In this document: in pieces, positions 55,115 through 59,520 of the stretch | Layout: every line of letters starts with the position of its first letter | Position numbering within the stretch: position 1 is the first letter of the stretch | Origin: a virus | Lineage: Duplodnaviria; Caudoviricetes | Strand: one strand, 5' to 3' | Length of the DNA: 59,520 nt | IMG/VR virus record: IMGVR_UViG_3300022407_001199 | Coordinates: 1-59,520 of that record | The notes under the pieces: model-generated | The model's input: the letters and a program-made list of their open reading frames with translations, nothing else | Databases searched by the model: none | What the model was told of the DNA's origin: nothing | Made by a program: the position numbers and the translations under genes

Positions 55115-56182
55115 TCACAGGATCTCAAAGTTCTTCTGGATCCAGTCGTTCATCTGCTGGTTGTGGCGAGACAACTTCAGACGATCACGGGACATCATAG
55201 TGAAGAAGATTGATTGCACCTCCTCGGACTTGATCCGATTGACAAACTCCATGAACGCCGACAACTCGTCCTGAGTCTTCAGCTTGTCCACCGCCTCGAA
55301 CATACACATGATCTGCACAGCGATATCTTGTGGGACATCAATGCCTTTCGGATCAGCCAAGACTTGCTCCAACGTCTTGACCTTGTGCTGCATCTGCACG
55401 AACGCGCTGATCGAACGCGCAGCAGACTCACCCAGCGCACCGCTAAGGACTGCCATCAACTGCTTCTCGCTCAGCTTGCCCTTACGCTGAATCGCAACGT
55501 CCGCCTTGGTGAGCGAGCGCGGGCAGACGTACTGCTTGCCTCCCTTGCGGGGGTTGAAGATATAGGGGTTATCGTCCTGATTGCCATCGAGGTACGATGC
55601 CATGCACTTCGGGTTCAACGACACCCATGCGCGCATCAGTGCCGAGACCCCCTTGCGCCCAGCCCATGAGCACCATTCTTCAGCCGATGGCTTGCTGACA
55701 TCTATCTTGACGATCCGCGAACCAACGTGGCCCTCCAACACATCGCCCACGCCGTCCGTTGTATTGTTGGATGTACCAATCACAATCGAACCCTCGGGCA
55801 GCGCCTCGTCACCCACGTGCTTCTCCAAGATGAGGCGCGTAAACAACTTACGCATCATCTTGTCCGTTTTCAGGAACTCGTCGAGCATGATCACTTTCTT
55901 GCGTCCGTTGCCCATCTTGAACAGGCCAGCAACGTAGTACTCAAGCGAGCGAGTCGCGTGGTTGGGGATGTTGGCCCCCAGATCCATCATGTCCTTCACA
56001 GGACAATCGACATACACATAATCATACTCATCACCCATACGCTCTTCGAGCGTCTTCAAGATCTGGGTTTTGCCGATCCCCGGCTCGCCCATGAGGATGA
56101 CAGTGGCCTGATCACCGATCACCTCGATGATGTCGGCAGCGTCGGCAAGGGTGACACGTGGGGAGAATTGAACTGTAGACAT
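55115..56182 (-). CDS. MoxR/AAA_5-type AAA+ ATPase
   Basis: GEPGIGKT, IMLDEF, GTSN, CPRS; adjacent to the vWA partner. Confidence 0.9.
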   Translation of the reverse strand: MSTVQFSPRVTLADAADIIEVIGDQATVILMGEPGIGKTQILKTLEERMGDEYDYVYVDCPVKDMMDLGANIPNHATRSLEYYVAGLFKMGNGRKKVIMLDEFLKTDKMMRKLFTRLILEKHVGDEALPEGSIVIGTSNNTTDGVGDVLEGHVGSRIVKIDVSKPSAEEWCSWAGRKGVSALMRAWVSLNPKCMASYLDGNQDDNPYIFNPRKGGKQYVCPRSLTKADVAIQRKGKLSEKQLMAVLSGALGESAARSISAFVQMQHKVKTLEQVLADPKGIDVPQDIAVQIMCMFEAVDKLKTQDELSAFMEFVNRIKSEEVQSIFFTMMSRDRLKLSRHNQQMNDWIQKNFEIL

Positions 56183-56222
56183 GATTTAATCCTTCTTTGT
56201 TTACTGAATTGTTAACTCTGAT

Positions 56223-56252
56223 AGGACCGCAAATCAGGTGATTTGCGGTCCT
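56223..56252. other. Long intergenic palindrome/hairpin
   Basis: aggaccgcaaatca-gg-tgatttgcggtcct with 14-bp arms and no U-tail. Confidence 0.75.
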
Positions 56253-56262
56253 TGACTTTCAC

Positions 56263-56544
56263 TTAGTTGGCGCTGCGAATCACCGACTTCACTCCATCAA
56301 AAACCTCGTCTTGTTGGAATATAGATTCCACTCCGGTCCGAATTTCGTCTGGGGTAAAGCCAATCGTCGATGCCGCTCCCACCAGCAGGGCACAGAGGAT
56401 GTACAGGAACTCCGCTCCCCCGTACCCTTCTTCCTCGATGATGTTGTAGATCTCCTCGGCTTTGTCTCTCATAAGAGAGTTCAAGAACTCCTGCTTCTGT
56501 TCTCTTTCTGCTTGCTCCAGCATCATGGTTTTGCTGATACCCAT
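56263..56544 (-). CDS. Hypothetical protein, 93 aa
   Basis: Start MGISKT with GGAG SD; TAATG coupling. Confidence 0.65.
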   Translation of the reverse strand: MGISKTMMLEQAEREQKQEFLNSLMRDKAEEIYNIIEEEGYGGAEFLYILCALLVGAASTIGFTPDEIRTGVESIFQQDEVFDGVKSVIRSAN

Positions 56545-56639
56545 TATGGTCTCCAATAGAAAAGGTCTAAACATAAAACGACGACGGAGAGAACCATCGC
56601 CAGCCATACAAACAACTCGCCATTGTTGTCATTCTTCAT
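56544..56639 (-). CDS. Small single-TM protein ending LDLFYWRP
   Basis: Hydrophobic helix; tiles the gap; start uncertain. Confidence 0.55.
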   Translation of the reverse strand: MKNDNNGELFVWLAMVLSVVVLCLDLFYWRP

Positions 56640-57576
56640 CTTCATCCTCATCCTCCGCACGTGTACGGAGTGAGCCGAACTTAGACAGGATGTCATCCAC
56701 CTCTGTCTTAACAGCCTTGCGTGTGCTGGCGTACTCACGCAAGTTCTCTGTGCTTACGTTACGCAACGTGAGTTCCAACGCGCTACGCGCCTCCTCCAAC
56801 TGCACGTTGCCATTCAGGTTGAAGTCCTTGAGCACGTTGCACAACTCACGTGCTTGATCGAACGTGTGATCGACGATCTTCTTCTTGCGAGCTTTCTTGA
56901 CAGTGCCGTCATCAAGGATCTCGTCTTGCGCCTCAGTGCAACTCGCAGAGATACGCTCAGCGAACACCAACAGGCGCGTAGCCGCCTGACCCATCGCAGC
57001 GTCGATGATCTTCCGCGTTTGGTCTTGGTAATGGTTATGTAAGTCTTCCGCCAACTCAGAAGCGATAGATGACCTGAAGTCATTCTGTGGAACGTCCGTC
57101 ATAAGGTAGTCCATAGAGAACTTCGCATCGACGGACGCCAAGCTAGGGTAGTTGCTCGGGTCGAACATATCGCCAAGCTCGAATGCCATGTTGCTGATGA
57201 TGCCCTTGTACTCACCCAAGAACTTGGCTTTCAGTCCATCGAACGTCGCCTTATGCACGTTGTATTCATTGTGGAACTTGATGATGTCCACCCCCGGCAA
57301 GATCCTCGCTTTGCCAGCCCACTCATAAGTGAACCTTTGAAGCCAGTTAGCGACGGTCTGCCTGTGATTGCACAATGCTTTGTGCGTGGCATTCCCTGCC
57401 ATTAACTTTTTGGTGAAATCACCGGACTCTGCGGATGCCTTCTTGCTGCTAGTGATTTCGTTGCTGATGGTCTTGTCACGCTTGGTGGCAGACCACGTGC
57501 GGACCACAACGGTAACGATCTTAGCTGCGGTATGCAGCGAGATCACGTGCTTGGGTTGTTCGAGTTGGAGTTCCAT
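56629..57576 (-). CDS. DUF3150-like helical protein, 315 aa
   Basis: WSATKRD, TYEW...RILP, LGDMFDPSNYPS, FNLNGN; upstream of the AAA/vWA pair. Confidence 0.65.
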   Translation of the reverse strand: MELQLEQPKHVISLHTAAKIVTVVVRTWSATKRDKTISNEITSSKKASAESGDFTKKLMAGNATHKALCNHRQTVANWLQRFTYEWAGKARILPGVDIIKFHNEYNVHKATFDGLKAKFLGEYKGIISNMAFELGDMFDPSNYPSLASVDAKFSMDYLMTDVPQNDFRSSIASELAEDLHNHYQDQTRKIIDAAMGQAATRLLVFAERISASCTEAQDEILDDGTVKKARKKKIVDHTFDQARELCNVLKDFNLNGNVQLEEARSALELTLRNVSTENLREYASTRKAVKTEVDDILSKFGSLRTRAEDEDEDEE

Positions 57577-57621
57577 ATCGTTCCTTGGTGGTTAGTTAAT
57601 GTTTCGGGGTTGGCAGAAGTC

Positions 57622-57861
57622 TTACTTAAGCATTTCTGTTTGCAGTTCAGCGGCGGTAATGAGGAGACGCCTCATGCGCTGAGCAAACTCAGGGTTGTCA
57701 AACTTACGGGCGGTCTCAGCCAGCACCACAGTGAACTCGGGGTCGTCCCCGTTTGCCTTGCGTTGCACAAGATAAAGTTTGTACGCAAAGAACTCGTCCA
57801 TCGCCTCGTCAAACAAATCATCTTTGTCGATGGAAGTCATAATCAATTTTGTGTTCTTCAT
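57622..57861 (-). CDS. Hypothetical protein, 79 aa
   Basis: GGAG SD. Confidence 0.7.
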   Translation of the reverse strand: MKNTKLIMTSIDKDDLFDEAMDEFFAYKLYLVQRKANGDDPEFTVVLAETARKFDNPEFAQRMRRLLITAAELQTEMLK

Positions 57862-57879
57862 TGCAGGCTCCAGTTGGGG

Positions 57880-58083
57880 TTAAGAATTCGAGTACTTGTT
57901 GAGACCCTTGAGCAGGGTCGTGTCGGTGAACAACATATAGTTGCTCTTGCTCATAGGGGCGACTGTCCACCCCTTCCTATCGGCTTGCGCCTTGCTCTCG
58001 CCACAGGTCATGCAGATACGGTAGCCCGCATAATGTCTAGCGGTAGCGAACGCTTCGCCGCATTGTTTGCACAATGGTTTCAT
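57880..58083 (-). CDS. Zn-finger protein (DksA/TraR C4-like spacing)
   Basis: CKQCGE...R...GYRICMTC. Confidence 0.7.
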   Translation of the reverse strand: MKPLCKQCGEAFATARHYAGYRICMTCGESKAQADRKGWTVAPMSKSNYMLFTDTTLLKGLNKYSNS

Positions 58084-58424
58084 TACAGTCCCTCGGTCAG
58101 GTGGTCATAGCTGAACTGCGTGATCTCGCCACGCTCCAGCAGGAACGTGATGTTCCAGTCTGCAACACGATACCGTGCGTGATGCACGGTATAACCCTCG
58201 ATGGGGTCTTGCCACTCAGCGAGATACCGCTTGCTGAACGGAGTGCGATCCTCGCACCACTTGAGGAACGCTTCCGGATTGCGCGAAGCCAAACGCAACG
58301 TATGCACACTGATACGCTTGCCAACGCGCACAGGGGGGAACGTCACCACAGGGGTGACTTCGGCCTCGATGTAGTCATCGTCTAGCAGACCCATCTCCAT
58401 TGCCAACTCTTTCATTTTTCCCAT
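58083..58424 (-). CDS. Hypothetical early protein
   Basis: AAGGAG SD; first gene after the consensus promoter. Confidence 0.7.
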   Translation of the reverse strand: MGKMKELAMEMGLLDDDYIEAEVTPVVTFPPVRVGKRISVHTLRLASRNPEAFLKWCEDRTPFSKRYLAEWQDPIEGYTVHHARYRVADWNITFLLERGEITQFSYDHLTEGL

Positions 58425-58524
58425 GCTCACTCTCCTTAACTAAGTGTTCCGGAACACCGGAACGGTTAAACAACTGATTGCCACACACTGTCATAGCTCA
58501 AGCACTCTCGCGGCTTGAGCGTCC

Positions 58525-58553
58525 ATTATAGGGGATATTGACGTATGTGTCAA
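58525..58553 (-). promoter_or_regulatory. Perfect-consensus sigma70 promoter
   Basis: TTGACA-17 bp-TATAAT in an intergenic position. Confidence 0.9.
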
Positions 58554-58588
58554 GCGTCTTACCGCACTTTCTCACGGGTAGCTGTCGC

Positions 58589-58837
58589 TCAATCCCAGAC
58601 TTGCTCCTCCACGCGCACGGCGTGTTCCATGCTGGTGATGGTTGCATCCACCTCATCCAGCACACACGCATACGAAACCCACTCAACGGTGGCGATCTCT
58701 GGGTTGGAATGCGCGGCGGCTTTCTTTGTGAATTCAATAGCCTTCTCTGGTGTGCGGAACGCATAGAACCACGTGGGCTCTTGAGCGTCCTTGTTGTGAC
58801 CGACGCATACCCATGCGTAATGAACTTGTTTAGTCAT
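58589..58837 (-). CDS. Early protein, 82 aa
   Basis: AGGAG SD inside the repeated leader. Confidence 0.75.
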   Translation of the reverse strand: MTKQVHYAWVCVGHNKDAQEPTWFYAFRTPEKAIEFTKKAAAHSNPEIATVEWVSYACVLDEVDATITSMEHAVRVEEQVWD

Positions 58838-58874
58838 TCGTCTTCTCCTGAAGTGTTGATTGGTTGGTTAAGGG

Positions 58875-59066
58875 TTAAAGACTGATTGGTGCGCCATCGG
58901 GCGCGTCGAAGTTGATCTGCCTCCATCCTGCTTGGCACATCATGTCTTCCACATCTTCTTGCGATGAGTTAGGCATCTCATGTGGCAGGAATACGCAGAC
59001 AGCGCAGCCTTGATCGCGCAATCCACGCAGGAAGGCGATTTGCTCGGTGGTCAGTTCATTAGTCAT
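58875..59066 (-). CDS. Early protein, 63 aa (MTNELTT...)
   Basis: Start lies within the repeated leader. Confidence 0.7.
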   Translation of the reverse strand: MTNELTTEQIAFLRGLRDQGCAVCVFLPHEMPNSSQEDVEDMMCQAGWRQINFDAPDGAPISL

Positions 59067-59473
59067 TCGTCTTCTCCTGAAGTGTTGTCTATGGCTGGGC
59101 CAACGGAATGGATGCGGCAACCCTTGCCCCTCAAGAAGTCGATCTCGGTCTGGGCGTTCCGTGCTTCGACCTGATTGAAGCCCGACTCACCGTTAGATGG
59201 GTTCGCCCAGACGATACGCACAATGTCGTTCACATCTTCAGCCCAGACATACAACTGGAATACAACCGGATCGCTCCTCACCACGCGAGTGTCGATCTCT
59301 ACGTTCGGGTCCATCATCTTGCAAGCTGTGTGCAAGACATCCAGCGCATCGGAAAGCGCCTCGTCTGAGTACTCGTTATCTTCATTCAGAGTCTTGCAAA
59401 ACACAGCGCCCTTCTCACGCGCAGCTTCCCACGATGGGTATTGATCCATTCTATAGAACTCAATCTTAGTCAT
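59063..59473 (-). CDS. Early protein, 136 aa
   Basis: Start lies within the repeated leader. Confidence 0.75.
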   Translation of the reverse strand: MTKIEFYRMDQYPSWEAAREKGAVFCKTLNEDNEYSDEALSDALDVLHTACKMMDPNVEIDTRVVRSDPVVFQLYVWAEDVNDIVRIVWANPSNGESGFNQVEARNAQTEIDFLRGKGCRIHSVGPAIDNTSGEDE

Positions 59474-59520
59474 CTGTATCTCCTGAAGTGTTGATTGGTT
59501 GGTAATGAGTTGGTAATGAG

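Larger units (their letters stand above)
58830..59503 (-). repeat. Three copies of a leader/RBS/start repeat (58830-58868, 59059-59087, 59466-59503)
   Basis: Copies 1 and 2 share 29 identical nt; copies 1 and 3 share 25 identical nt. Confidence 0.9.

Noticed and set aside
1-59520. Stop-codon reassignment, tRNA genes, introns or inteins, integrase
   Set aside because: Core genes are intact, of expected size and tightly tiled in the standard code; no cloverleaf or recombinase motif recognised by eye (tRNAscan-SE and HMM searches not run)

Overview
The window looks like an essentially complete, probably circularly permuted, ~59.5-kb tailed dsDNA phage genome of podovirus-like build: there is no tape-measure or sheath gene, but there are large ejection proteins. 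A divergent control region at ~790-1144 separates two arms. The + arm (1145-39833) carries terminase, portal, a GroES-like co-chaperonin, scaffold, major capsid protein, decoration and tail/receptor-binding proteins, holin, a GH108 endolysin and ejection proteins, including a 2236-aa polyvalent protein. The - arm (789->1, continuing 59520->39830) carries small early genes, a DUF3150-like/MoxR-type AAA+/vWA-metallopeptidase module, a VRR-NUC nuclease, family A DNA polymerase, exonuclease, HNH-like protein, SNF2 helicase, putative SSB and primase-helicase. I saw no integrase, RNA polymerase, tRNA or CRISPR array. The most notable unexplained structures are five. (1) Two receptor-binding cassettes bracketed by interleaved direct repeats, with an in-frame chimeric mini-ORF scar between them. 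(2) Nested direct and inverted repeats plus a dispersed TAAGWCTTC motif around the AAA+/vWA module. (3) A shared [MYLA]-x-x-G-G motif across many small basic and ejection proteins, next to a prion-like Q/M/P/G protein. (4) Two candidate pseudoknotted RNAs. (5) Early genes built as cassettes behind near-identical leaders. All protein calls come from motif recognition by eye, not from database searches.
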